Part shown: one piece after another, positions 41,356 through 54,342 of the stretch
Position numbering within the stretch: the stretch's first letter is position 1
Layout of the letters: each line of letters begins with the position of its first letter
From: Amoeboaphelidium protococcarum X5
Lineage: Eukaryota; Fungi; Aphelidiomycota
Assembly: GCA_023515725.1 (NCBI GenBank)
Contig: JALDTO010000266.1
Location: 1,341,580 to 1,405,579 of the forward strand
DNA: 64,000 nt
Direction of reading: 5' to 3'
Notes under the pieces: model-generated
What the model saw: only the letters and a program-made list of their open reading frames with translations
The model's database searches: none
What the model was told of the DNA's origin: nothing
Program-made: the position numbers and the translations under genes

Positions 41356-42609
41356 ATGAAATATTATGATCTTATTCAGTTGGCAGAATCCTGCTTACAC
41401 TATGGCAAACACGTTGAAGCATGCTATCTCTACAAAATATTCATTGATAATGCTGTGGCAAATGAAGATCTCGTCACGTATGTCAATGCATATCTGAGAT
41501 TCTTGGAGTTGATCTCCAATTACGTTGTTGAACCGTCATCTATGGTTTTAGAGTATATCTGCTAACTGGAAATGTTGATAAAGAAATCTGCACAGTCTGC
41601 TGACACTTTTTATACATTGCAAATGGAAGTCAATAAATTTAAACTGTAGTTCTTCTATCAGAATGGCGACACAAAATTGCTGAAACAGAATTGTAAAGAA
41701 GTTATGAAACAGGCCCAATCAAAGCAAGATTAGTAAATCATCAATCTGTGCAAGCAGTACATGAAGGATGTATTTGATATTGAAGATAAGATTTACTCAC
41801 TTATCGCACAATGCATATCAGTGATGAATGACGTGAAATCGTTCAAGTCTGTCGTGTAAGAAGTGCAGAGTTTAATTGCCGATTACGATGGAACCTTACT
41901 GAATGGTAATTTTAGTTGGATGTCTGTAGCTGCTTTAAACGCGTCAGTATCTTTGATGTCATGCATCGCATTTAATAATGATGATATCGGAGCTGAGGGA
42001 TTAAAATTGTTGGAAGAAAGTGTATGTCAATCTCAACAAGATCTGTCTACCATGAGAGCTATCAAATCCAGACTAGTCCTTTCCATCTATTTAGTATAAG
42101 TACGCCAGCGCAGACTTGCTGACGCTCAAGACTCTTTGAATCTGATTTACTCAGAATGTGAGTAACAGATGGTGACGTTATGTGAAGCTTTATGGCTGCA
42201 GTCGAACGCGAAATTTTAGGAATCTGGTGATGCATTTCAAATTGTGTCGAAAGATAATGCGGTAGGCGAAGGTTTGAGAGCCTTTATTGAACACCAGGTG
42301 CAAGTTTTATCTGTGGACAAATAGGAGGTAACAAATGACACTAATTCGTTGCCGTTGGTAGATGGCGCAAAATTTTACTTCGATGAATAGTATCATAAAG
42401 CGAAACAATGTCTACTGCAATCCGTAAAATCATCTTGCAAGTAAGAGCAGGCACTATCTCTGATGATTCTGTCACAAATTTACCGCGTCACCCATCCTGC
42501 CAAGGCTAACAAAATTGCTGAATAATCCATAAAGATTGCTCAGTCTATCGGCGATGGATTTATAGTTCGTCATTTAAAAGAGATGGCATAATATGCCGGG
42601 AGCGAATGA
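41356..42609 (+). CDS. TPR/helical-repeat protein, possibly short Mau2/Scc4 cohesin-loader subunit
   Basis: 417 aa helical ORF. LIQLAE, FSWMS..LNASVSLMS, KAKQCLLQSVK and LMILSQIY resemble Mau2 blocks. Confidence 0.5.
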
Positions 42610-42891
42610 TTAAAGTACAAGATGCATGCTTGAAGTTTAACTTGACGAGTATGTAAAGGGACCCATACATACAAGCACTAATGGAATTGACTGCCCGCTG
42701 ATTAATCATTTAAAGAATTGAAAATGAAAGCGTATATAAGATATCTTCAATAGGTACGTTCCCTTTGAAGATAAATGAAATACATAAAGTAAAGTTATTC
42801 GGTTTACATTGCTACAAATATACTTTTGTTACTCATTTTGAAATGCAAATATTATAATTAATGTGTGCCAGACTCAGACTCCAGCCTTGTA

Positions 42892-43956
42892 TCAATCCAA
42901 AGTCTCGTCAAAATCAGAACCATAAACATAACTCCAAATCTTCCGTGGGAGCGCCCGTTCACTTTCGTTCATTATCAAAATAGATTTCTTGATATTCCTT
43001 TATGACACATTATGCGCATATTTTTCAGAAATAACCCTGTACTAAGTATACACTTGAGATATCAATTCACGTTGATCAGGGTACAAATTCTACAGTCTAG
43101 ATATGTAATCAGACATTCGCTCTTCAGGCAATTCAGCCGCAGTAGATTCAAGGCCAACTTTATACTAGTCATATAAACTTCTCACTGCAATAATGGCACT
43201 TGGATAGCAGAATGCCTTCAAATAATCAATTTCTGATTTTAACGCTTAATTCTAATCTCCCATCTTCTTAATAGCAGCATCTAGGGATAAATTCTCTGCC
43301 TGTAAAACATGGATCTGAGATTACAGGCGAGAAGCGAACAATGATTAAGACTATTCCTTGGATTTCAAAGACTATATTTCCAACGATTAAGACTATTCCT
43401 TAGATTTCAAAGACTATATTTCCAACGATTATGACTGTGCCTCAGACTTCAAAGACTATATTTCCTTCAGTATCAGTTTCAGATCAACACTGGGCGCGTC
43501 CTGATAATTAAGTATCTTGTCTTCAGACAGCCGCAGCTTCTACTTGACCTCTTCCAACTGCATGCAGACATTTACACGCATTCCAGCTCTATCAGTTGGA
43601 ATCAACAGCATTGGAGTTAGTCGCTGCTGCATTGCGACTTACAGAAATTGATCTAAGGAGCAGCTGTTCATATCAACCGTCGGACAGGGCTGGACATCAT
43701 TCCACTTAATTGAAGATACAGGGATCATCATTTAGTCCGCTTAATGCGTGACTTCAGTCCGGAAAGTCTCAGATGCCAAGACATCAGATATCAACTTCTC
43801 GCCACTGTCCTGATGGATGCCAATAGAGTCCGCGAATTAATACGGAATGAAACTGCTTTGCAAGCCAGGCAGAGGCCCATTATCTTCAATTCTTTGCTCA
43901 GTGGACGATATTTGCTTTTATTAGAATATTCTAGAATCTAAATTATTCTTGCTCAT
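42892..43956 (-). CDS. Hypothetical coiled-coil protein (354 aa) with 14-aa tandem repeat
   Basis: Open frame ATG 43956 to TGA only under TAR=Gln; contains three copies of EIQSLKS(K/E)(E/A)QSQSL. Confidence 0.7.
43343..43465. repeat. 42-bp coding tandem repeat, about 3 copies
   Basis: GATTAAGACTATTCCTTRGATTTCAAAGACTATATTTCCAAC units start at 43343 and 43385, with a diverged third at 43427. Confidence 0.95.
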
Positions 43957-44303
43957 GATAGTAAGAGAATTCAGCGGTGTAGGGACGAAAGTGGAAAAAA
44001 GGTAAATTGACATGTTTGCCTTGTCTTTAGTTTTAGACCGACAGATCAATAAGCTTCTAAAGCGCGTCAAAATTTGATTATTACTTTTTTGCCCATTATC
44101 GTTCCGACCGCTTGTAGATTACGGCATTGGCCTAGATGCTGTACGTGATGATTGTAGATGTGTGAGTGAGTGCGGAGATCAAAACAAACTTTGAATAAAC
44201 AACTTGACAGATTGCTTAATACTGTAACGCCCCTCGTTTCAACGTCCGATCATTTTACATTTCATTGCTAATTATACTCAATACTGAAATTTACATCCAC
44301 AGC

Positions 44304-44967
44304 ATGACCAATAACAATCTAACATTCCATCAAGGTGCGATATCTGCCGAGAGTAGGCAGAGCAGTCTAAAGCAAAAGGTACGCAGTTTATTCGCTCTTA
44401 TATAACGTCAACATGTTCACTTGTTACATCTTGTAGGGATACACCATTTGGCTGACCGGGTTGTCTGCTGCGGGGAAATCTTCAATAGCTGTTGCTCTAG
44501 AGTAATATTTGGTTGAATAGTGTCAGCTGCATGCATACAGATTAGATGGCGATAATATCCGCATGGGCCTTAATGAGAATCTTGGGTTCAGTGCTGAGGA
44601 CAGATCCGAGAATATACGTAGAATCGCTCACGTTAGCAAACTGTTTGCTGACTCGTGCACCATAGCAATTGCCGCATTTATAAGTCCATATGAAGTTGAT
44701 AGGCAACGTGCTCGTCGAATCCATGAACAGGCTGGAATTCCGTTCATTGAAGTTCATGTTGATATTGAATTGAGTATCGCGGAGAGTAGAGATCCTAAAG
44801 GGCTGTACAAAAAGGCGCGAGCTGGAGTCCTTAAGCATTTCACTGGTATTGATGATCCGTATGAGGTCCCTTTAAATCCTGAATTGCGTATAGACTCTGG
44901 CAAATAGTCAGTAGAGCAGTCAGTCTCTACAATTGTGAAGTACTTGGAACAGAAAGGTTTATTGTGA
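44304..44967 (+). CDS. MET14: Adenylyl-sulfate (APS) kinase (intron 44379-44436)
   Basis: [58 protein letters not shown]. Confidence 0.96.
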
Positions 44968-45072
44968 TTTTTTAATAATGGCATTTTGTACAATATATCA
45001 ATTATGTTAAAATAGTTATATTAATGATCATCTGCCAAGCTAAATGCCTTCAAATTCAGAGACAAGGAAATC

Positions 45073-46791
45073 TCAAGGAGTACATCTGCCAGCAAATCTA
45101 GGATAGAGACAAGTGTCACGCACAGTGTACCTATTCAGCATCCAGGCAAGGAATCGCTCTAAACCCAGGCCATATCCACCATGTTCACAACTGCCATACT
45201 TTCTCTAATCAGTGAACCAATAGTAAGGAGATGGATCGATGCCTTCGCGCTTGTATCCCGCCAGGAGCTCCTCCATATCCCAGATACGCATAGAACCACC
45301 AACAATTTCACCCACGTTCGGCATCAATACATCGACAGACTCCGTCAGTCTATTGTCATCTGCACATCGCTTCATGTAGAATGCCTTGATCTCAGCAGGG
45401 AACTTGCACAATAGAATAGGTTCGTTAATAGCATCAGTCATCTTACGCTCCGGTGACTCTGGAATATCCTCGCCAAACTGGTAGTGGGAACCATCTTCCT
45501 TCAGCACATTGTGATCATTCAGCCACTTGATAGCATCACTATAAGCCATACGTCTGAACGGCTTCTTTGGCACCACAAAATTGGGATTCAATTCAAATAC
45601 CAACTTCTTAGCCTCAGGAATAGCCAATACTCTGCTCACAGTATCCACTACAAGATTCTCAATACGGTCCAGCAGGTCTTCAAAGGTGATAAAAGGACAT
45701 TCGGCTTCCACGTGCGTATATTCACTCAAATGTCTCCTGGTTAAGGACTTCTCTGCACGGAATGACTCTGCCATACAGTACACGTCACCGAGTGCTGGGA
45801 TAGCAGTCTCCAAGTACAGCTAACTAGACTGAGTCAAGTACGCAGGCTAGCCGTAATAATCGAGTGTGAACAGAGTAGAGCCACCTTCAACCTGAGTCTA
45901 CACCATAAGTGGCGGAGTGACTTCAGTGTACTGATTATCAAAAAAATGGTCACGGAAGCACTTCATCACATAGTGGCGCATCTTGAGGACTGCCGATACG
46001 TTCTCACCACGGATGAAGAGATGGCGCTAGTTATAGATAATATCTCCAGCCTACGTAGACTCACTGATCTGGTTAGTGAACGCGTCATCTCCACCAGGAG
46101 CCTTATGAACTACCTCCCAGTAATCGGCAACCAGTTCTTGGTTTCCAGGCGCGTTCTTACCTTCAGGAACCTTCTTAATCAAACCGTGAACTGCAACAGT
46201 AGACTCTTGCGATAAAGTAAGAGCATCATAAGTGTGACACAGCACACCATTCATAACGCACTGCAGGTACCCCGTACCATCTCGCAGGACCAAGAACATC
46301 AAGTCCTTACCTTGAGTACGGTGTCTATGTACCCATCCGTAAACCTTGACGCGTTGAGTAGTTGCCAGATGCTGCGCGCATTAACTGATCTTCAACTTAA
46401 CAGCCTTACCAAGAGAAGCATCTTCTGTTAAAGTGATCTTCTTAGCATCATCCAATTTACTTTACTCAGATGCACTTTTACTAGCTGCCAGTTCAGCTTC
46501 TTTCTCCAAGCGCTCCTTCTCTTTGGCCTACTTCTTCTTTTGCAGATCAAGCAGCTTCTTTGCCTTCTTGAGAGCGCTCGCAGCTATAGGCTGATAACCA
46601 TCAGGCTTCTTCACCATGATACTCTGACAATCTTCATTCAACTCCAACGCGCGTACAGCAGACTTGAACGGTTTCCCCTCACTCAATCCATCGTTCTTAT
46701 CATCTCCAGTCTCTTCGCACACATAGAAAATAAACGACTTTTCTCCACTCACTGACATTTTCGCAGTCTAATCTTCCAGTTAACTCGACAT
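45073..46791 (-). CDS. NARS: Cytosolic asparaginyl-tRNA synthetase
   Basis: [74 protein letters not shown]. Confidence 0.96.
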
Positions 46792-47099
46792 GTATAAACC
46801 TTTACTGAAATCACGCGTAAATCCAAACTCTCAGAGCAGTGATGGAAGAATCTAAAATGAAATCTTTTTCGGTCGCGTTGTCTCTTCGCGTCTTTAACTA
46901 AATCTCACTGCAATATCAAGCACTGGTGTGTTTTCTCTGTGAGAGATTCGAGGCGTAGGATATTTTGTTCGTTCGCCTAAATAGTTTCTTACAGCTTGAC
47001 TCTCATCATTGGCCCGTTGCGAATTCTTCCTTTCCTTCCTACCCATTGCGTTGAGCTCTTAGACTTTTTAAGAATTTAAACATCAAAATTGAATAAGAA

Positions 47100-48015
47100 A
47101 TGACCCTGCGTATACTTGTTGGATGCAAGAGAGCGATTGATTATGCAGTCAAAGTTAGAGTAAGATTGGAAATGACGACATGATGATATTAACTCTTGCA
47201 TATTGATTGATTCATCAATTAATATTATTAGTGTAGGTGCGAAGTGATGGAAAAGGCGTAGAGACGGCAAGTGTAAAGCACTCAATGAATCCTTTTGATG
47301 AAATTGCCCTGGAAGAGTCTATCCGCATGAAGGAGAAGAAGTTGGCCGCTCATGTCACTGCTGTATCGATTGGTCCAAAGGCATGTTAGGATACTTTAAG
47401 AACGGCTCTGGCTATGGGTGCGGATGACGCAATCCACGTCCCGGTTGAGACTGACGGTATTGGACCTCTGGAGCCGCTCGGTGTCGCTTCCATCTTGAAG
47501 GCTGTCGCTGAGAAGGAGAAGGCTGATATTCTACTGCTTGGCAAGTAGGCCATTGATGATGATGCTGGTCAGGTTGGTGGTATGGTCGCGGGTATGCTCA
47601 ACTGGCCACAGGCTACTTTTGCCAGTAAAGTTGAAGTTGCAGGTATGTATATATCGATTTATTTGATTTGACTTAATGCTCATTTTATCGACATCATTTA
47701 ATTCAGTATGTAGGTAAAGATTTGACTGTTACCAGAGAAGTTGATGGAGGTTTGCAGGTTGTCAAAGTAAAGACACCGGCTGTTCTCACCACAGATCTGC
47801 GTCTTAATGAACCACGTTTCGCCACATTGCCCAATATAATGAAAGCTAAAAAGAAGCCTTTAAAGAGTGTCTCTCTGGCCGATTTAAAAGTTGAGCTGAA
47901 GCCAAAATTGACCATTAACAGTGTTGCAGAACCTCCTAAACGATAGGCTGGCAAGAAGGTTGAATCTGTTGATGATTTGATCCAGAAGCTAAAGAGCGAA
48001 GCTGGCGTTCTATGA
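47100..48015 (+). CDS. ETFB: Electron transfer flavoprotein beta subunit (introns 47160-47236, 47643-47713)
   Basis: [53 protein letters not shown]. Confidence 0.96.
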
Positions 48016-48117
48016 TAATATTCAAAATGCGGAATATAAATTGTCTGAACTGAATATGAAATTATTTCTTACTACCATAGTGGCATAAATGATTTCACCT
48101 AATCTTTCATTATTCAT

Positions 48118-48683
48118 TCATACGGACTAACCACCAGCGAGAAGAGTCTCCTTATGAGGCTCCTTCCTAAGAGCAGCGACGAGATAGCACGCCGTGACAA
48201 GAGTCAGATCGAGAGCAGATACGATAATCAATGCCGAGCTGCCAATCAACGTGTGAAGCCAGAGAACCGTGGCCAGCACCAGGTAGAGACCAAATCGGAA
48301 CCAATGGTTCTCCCCTTTGGTCAGAATCTGATCAATGAAACCGTTCGTCGGACAGCATCTGCGAAACAGCGGAAATTCCAGCAGCAAGACGATAAATGCA
48401 AACACAAAACACAATATGGCGAATACTATGAATATTCCAATGACATTGAGGATACCAGCAATAATTAAAACTACATAAGAGACATTCACTTGATGAAGAG
48501 ATGATAAGTAAGATAAATTAAAACAGGAGAATTACATATTATGCCCAACAGTGCAAGCCTACAAATTAATATTCAAATGACAGTGTGGAGAAAATTATAA
48601 AATCAACGTCAAAACTCACAATCTTACCATTATGCGTAAATATTAAAAGAACCAGATGAAATTTCTGCCCAAAGACTGCCCAT
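48118..48683 (-). CDS. TVP18: Golgi membrane protein Tvp18 (introns 48559-48627, 48471-48535)
   Basis: EISSGSFNIYAQW, hydrophobic segments, LEFPLFRRCCPT, NHWFRFGLY, ETLLAGG. Confidence 0.85.
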
Positions 48684-49797
48684 CTTAATCTAATCCTCAA
48701 AATTATTAAATTTAATTCTCCTTGATACTGATAAAGCTGAAAAAGATGAATTCAAGAAGAATGGAATAAAGTAGAAACAGAACGCGTATTCATTCACAAC
48801 AGGGGAACGGAGATGATGAAAATGTACTGATCGATCACGCGGCTTCCATAACGGTCGAAGCAGTGCATTAGGGAATATTTGAATTCCAATCTGATATTTT
48901 AGTTTTCAATCTCCCGCCGCACAGCTACAGCTACAGGACATGTCCAAAAATGGTGATATGTGGATGAACATTGAAAATGTATTCAACCGTGATAAAAGTG
49001 ATTGATTTGCCAATTACTGAAACGGTGAGCTGTAGTAGTGTATGCATTTAACATTACATGCTGTGATGGTACAATTAGCTTAATTAGAAAAAGAAGTAAC
49101 CTGATAAAAAGAACAACATCTTTGTAGTATCTACGTCGAGAGTAATGCAATTAAAATCATCAGCTTCCAGGGTCATCATGTGATGCGAGCTGATCTGGGA
49201 TAGTACCAGAGAGCGGGAACAACAACAACGTCGCTCGCCGTGTTGGTCTGCTGACGAAAGGCGAGAATGAAGGCGGCGCGACAAAGAGCGACGGACGAGC
49301 GTAAAACTTTCTCACCGCTTTCTCGTTCTTTTCAAACGACAAAGGAACAAACAACTGTGTGCGTACACATACAATCAATCAGTCTACTGTATTCGGAACT
49401 CTTGTGGAAAGTCAACTTTGTGGTAGTAGATAGATTTTTAATATTGCTGCTGATTATTTTAATAGAATCTTGGAGTTGAGTGGATTTTCTTCTGATCACA
49501 AGACCTCGCATTAGTTGCTGCATTGATATAAATAGATCCCGCCGATATCATCAAACTGAGCCTCTTCTTGTCAACCAAGTTGTACACTTGCAGAGTCTTT
49601 GATTTTATTTCTGGGTTTATAGATATCTAGAATTGTAATTGAACTTTTAGTTGTTATTGCTTGGAATTTTAATCCTTTATAGTCGTTGTACTGGTTATAG
49701 TGTCATTTAGTTTTTTGGCCTTGGATTATATAAAGAGAGTAGAGATTGTCATTGTTGATTGATTTTTTAGCGTTTAACAGATTGTGTAAACATAGAA

Positions 49798-51306
49798 ATG
49801 TCTTAGTAGATACCATAGTCACATTTGCTGTAGGCTTAGAATGCCTCGGGGAGTGGAAGCTTTAGTTCGTAATCATTGTCTAACAAAGCTCCACCGCCAG
49901 CTAATTCCTCAAACAATATTGCCATCTAGTAATAGCAATAGTAGTAGTAGTTTCAGTAATAGTAGAGCAATCCGTCTTTACCGCTCGCGTCTCATAGTCA
50001 GCCTCAGTAACATCATTATGGTCATAGCCAGGCAGGTGGTAGCAGCGGGGGTGGGTAGTAGAGAAGAGCTTCGAGCAAGACTGGTGGTTAGTAGTAACAG
50101 CAGCCACCATTCTCGTAGACTGCTGGGTCACACTTCCACCAGTCCTCTTAGCCTATAAATGGTATTAGAACTGATGTAGATCCTAACAAGTTGTTTACGG
50201 TGCCTGCCAGGGAAGGCCTGTCAGGGAATGATGTTGATCTGAGTTATACGTCATTGAAACCGGTTGGTAATGGATCATTCGGAGTTGTATTCCAGGCCAA
50301 GATTGTGCAGACTGGCGAGCTTACTGCGATTAAACAGGTGCTTCAGGATAAGAGATTCAAGAATAGAGAATTGCAAATTATGAGGATGCTGAACCACACC
50401 AACGTTGTCTCTCTGCGATACTTTTTCTATTCCAATGGGGATAAGAAGGATGAAGTATTTCTGAACCTGGTGCTTGAGTTTGTACCAGAGACTGTCTATA
50501 AAGCCTGCAGGCACTATGCTAAACTCAAATAGCCTATGCCTCCGCTGTTTGTAAAGCTGTACACTTATCAGATGCTGAGATCGCTGGCTTACATCCATGC
50601 GTATGGTATCTGTCACCGTGATATTAAGCCACAGAATCTTCTGCTTGATTCTCAAAGAGGTGTATTGAAATTGTGCGATTTTGGGAGTGCCAAGATGTTG
50701 ATCAAGGGAGAGCCTAATGTGTCTTACATCTGCTCCCGTTATTATAGAGCTCCTGAATTGATTTTTGGTGCGACTGACTATACACCGGCCATTGATGTGT
50801 GGTCGGCAGGATGTGTTATGGCTGAGATGATTCTGGGCACTCCTCTGTTCCCCGGTGAAAGTGGAGTCGATCAGCTGGTGGAGATCATAAAGATTCTTGG
50901 CACTCCGACTAGGGAGCAGATTAAAAGCATGAACTAGAATTATACGGATTTCAAGTTTCCTGCTATTAAAGCTAATCCGTGGTAGAAAGTTTTCAAAAAT
51001 AGAGCTGCCCCAGATTGCCTGGAGCTAATTGCCAAGTTGTTGGAATACACACCAACGTCGCGATTTACTGCTATCGAAGCCATGACGCACCACTTCTTTG
51101 ATGAATTGCGCTTGTAGGAGACCACTTTACCTAATGGGAAGCCTCTGCCGTTCTTGTTCAATTTCACTCCGATGGAGCTAAGTATAAGACCGGATCTGAT
51201 CCCGAAGCTGGTTCCCAAGTGGATGTGGGAGTAGTATGCACAGCAGGGTATTGATCTGAAAAATTTTGTTCCCATCAAGATTGAAGTGCCTCAAGTGGAT
51301 AATTGA
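49798..51306 (+). CDS. GSK3: Glycogen synthase kinase 3 with Q-rich N-terminal extension
   Basis: [56 protein letters not shown]. Confidence 0.97.
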
Positions 51307-51550
51307 TAGATATTGCAAATCTGAAGAGTGTGTGTGTTTGTGTGTTTGAAAATGATGATGAGTAACTAGAAGTGTAGTTATCTACTTGTATGTCTTGTAC
51401 TTTCTCTTAACTTGCCGCCGTTTTACAATAATGAAAAGCTTCTGGTAAAGTATTCTTCGCTAATTCACTTTATCCAAACACCTCGCTTAAGCTACTATAG
51501 TGATCAACGGTCATTAATTATTATGGATGATTGTATACTGAACATAATTC

Positions 51551-53773
51551 TCACTTTTGACGTTGAGACTGGGCCAGTAATTGATTGACTAATGCATTGA
51601 CATCTCCAATAGAATTGACTCTTCTCTCTACACTGACGCTTCTCGTGCTACTGCCGGCTTCCTTATCCTCACTCTTACTAGAGCTCCCAGATGGTGATGG
51701 TGATAATGTCGTCTTTTAGGACTACTTGGACACTGCCTTTGCGGGACTCTTTGAACGAAGTGAGTAGTTGCGAGTTGCATTTTAATGAGGTAAATGATCT
51801 CCGTCATCTGAATGAACTTTAGCCGAGTCTCTGGAACGCGAACGATCCGCTGAAGATCCATTCTTGCGATCTACTTACTGCTGCTGATTCTTCTAGGCTT
51901 GCATGATCTACAACAACTAACTCATCTGAGTCGCTGGCTTGCTCTAACTATCCGCATTCTCAGCAATAGGGCTCTACACAGAGGAAGACGCAGCTGAAGA
52001 TGTTGATGACTACGCCAATCCAATAAGCGAAGCCATATCAATGGGTAGGTTGCTCTAAGTTGTCTATTGCACCTGCAGATATCCTGAAGACTAACCAGGT
52101 TGGCTTTATTACAAATTGGCCAACAGCTGCTATGCTTAATTAGAAGCCTCTTCTTGGGATGACAATATGGAAGAAGGGATATTGGGTGGTTGGGAAGCAG
52201 TCGCGGTGTCATTCCCATGCGCAGGATTCTTCTGATTAGCACTGCTCTGCTGTGGCTTACGCGTCAGCACATTGTAAGGCTTGAAATCATCCTTCTCACG
52301 ACGTCTGCTCTAACTATGATCTCTAACTGCTCCTCCTCCACTTGCACCAGTTTTCTCCTAGCGATTATTTGAAGGTTGACGATTAAAGCGGCTGGCAGGA
52401 GCATTAGAAGTATGACGACTACTACCACCAGCACCGGATTTCTTACTCAAATCAACGGCAGCATAACCTCCATCTGCTCTTTTACTCAGAGGGATATCCC
52501 AAGCAAAACGCATGTCCAGATGTCCATCCTACCACGGTTGCAGATTATTATCATCATAAGCCTTCTGACAGTCACGAGAGTCAAAAAACTCCACGAAGCG
52601 CTAATTCGCGTGCTGCTTATACGGACGCAAAATCTTGAAAGACTTCAACTTTCCAAAATGCTCCTTCAACTTGGCATCATCCAGAGGTTACTCGCTATCT
52701 TTAAAGGTTATCAACAGCGTTCCTTAATTCTTATCGCGGTCACATTGACGACTCTGCATATCCTCATCCTTAGGCAAAGAGTAATGAACATCCAGATTAC
52801 GACCGCCAACCTACATCTTCTCTTCCAAGATCGTTTACAGTGCACGCTTGGCATCTCTAATATCATAATACGTTACAAATGCCATGCCTTTGCGGTCGGA
52901 TAGCGCGAAAAACTCTTTAATATCTCCAAATGGTGCGAACACTTTCTCCAGTTCATCATGCGGCGTGTCGAAAGGAAAGTTGCGGATAAATAGCTTTCTA
53001 CCAGGGACTTCAACGTTGCTCTTTTCTCCGCCTTTTCTGGGACCCTTAGATTCACCGCGTGCAGCTGGTGGGGCTCCATAGTATGGCTACTGAATTTAAG
53101 GCTAGTATGGGTAAGGCATATACTGAGTATGACCAGGAAACATGGGCGGTCTGGCTCCCGGATGTTGCGGTGGCATTTGCATCATCTATTGAGGTTGCTG
53201 CATATAAGGTGCTGGCTGGTGGTGCTGCTGCTATCCATAAGGAACCGGAGGAAATCCATACATTGGCTACTGGACACTGGTATGATCAAAGGGTGGAACG
53301 GGTGCACCATGGTAAGGGATTTGCTATTATTAAGGCGCGTTATCCTGCTACTGTTTTTACTGACCAGGCCACGTCTGCTACTACTAGTATGATTACTACT
53401 AACCGGTACCAGATTATGGATAATAACTCTGCATCCCAGGTTGATGCTACTACTACTACTAGGAAGGCATCTACTGATTATAGGGAGGTGAGAAGTACTA
53501 CTACAACTATTGCTGCATCGGTTATCCGGGATAAGACTGTGGTATGCCTTAGTCTAATGGCTATTACTACCCCTACGACATCATTGGCATATTACCGGGC
53601 ACGGGCTGACCAGGATAAAGCTAATGCTGTGCATTACCCATACTAGATGATGACACGTTCATGCCGTGTCCCATTCCATAAGGAAACTGCTACTACTGCT
53701 ATTGCTAAGGGTACTACTAATAGGGCATCTGCTATTGATGTTGATGCGGTAAATTCTAATTATTCGCGCTCAT
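51551..53773 (-). CDS. Two-RRM RNA-binding protein (Mei2 RRM1/2-like) with Q/P/Y-rich N-terminus and R/S/D-rich C-terminus
   Basis: RKLFIRNFP..FGDIKEFF..KGMAFVTYYDIRDA..LDVHYSLPK..CDRDKNQGTL..RFVEFFDSRD; 740 aa single frame. Confidence 0.82.
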
Positions 53774-53925
53774 AATAGTATACACGTCAAATGTAATTGT
53801 ATTCTAATACTTTTGAAATCTTCCAAACGGCCAAAAACTCTCAACAGTACTATATTTGATGGTGAAATAGGATCCTAGTTTATTACAGTACAGCTCTAAT
53901 AATAATGACTTAATCCGTGAAGAAA

Positions 53926-54230
53926 AGAAGAAGAAGAAGAAGAAGAAGAAGAGAAAGAGAGAAGAGGAGAGATCAGCAAAATTAGTAGAGCCGCTTGCTC
54001 CGTCTTTGGGCTTACCGAAAGGCGCGAAGAACGAACGAACGAAATCTCTCTTCGGCGGCGATCAGAGCGGGCGAACACTATAGGAACAAAGAGCGGAAGA
54101 GAGAAAGAGAGAGAGAGAGAGAGTTTCTCAGTTTGTTTCAGCTTTGTTCACTCTCACTCACTTTTAATTCTCTACACTGTGTGTCAGTTAGTTAGTCAGT
54201 CAGTCAGTCAGTCTGTCTGTCTGTGTGTGT
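53926..54230. repeat. Microsatellite cluster in divergent intergenic region: (GAA)n near 53926-53951, (GA)n near 54097-54123, GTTA/GTCA/GTCT tetramers near 54183-54222
   Basis: Directly visible simple repeats between the RRM and PDE start codons. Confidence 0.9.
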
Positions 54231-54342
54231 AGTATTATTAAGCTGTAGTGTTTACAATTAGGCTGTTATACCTCAAGTCTATATTGGTTAGTTTTTTATT
54301 GTTATCTTTCTATTCATACTTGAGTGTATTATACTAGATAGA

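Noticed and set aside
43343-43465. CRISPR-like direct repeats
   Set aside because: The units are contiguous with no unique spacers, 42 bp in-frame within a CDS, in a eukaryotic context with no cas genes.
48812-48894. Possible box C/D snoRNA (ATGATGA ... CTGA)
   Set aside because: No terminal stem and no convincing rRNA-complementary guide of 10 nt or more that I could verify.
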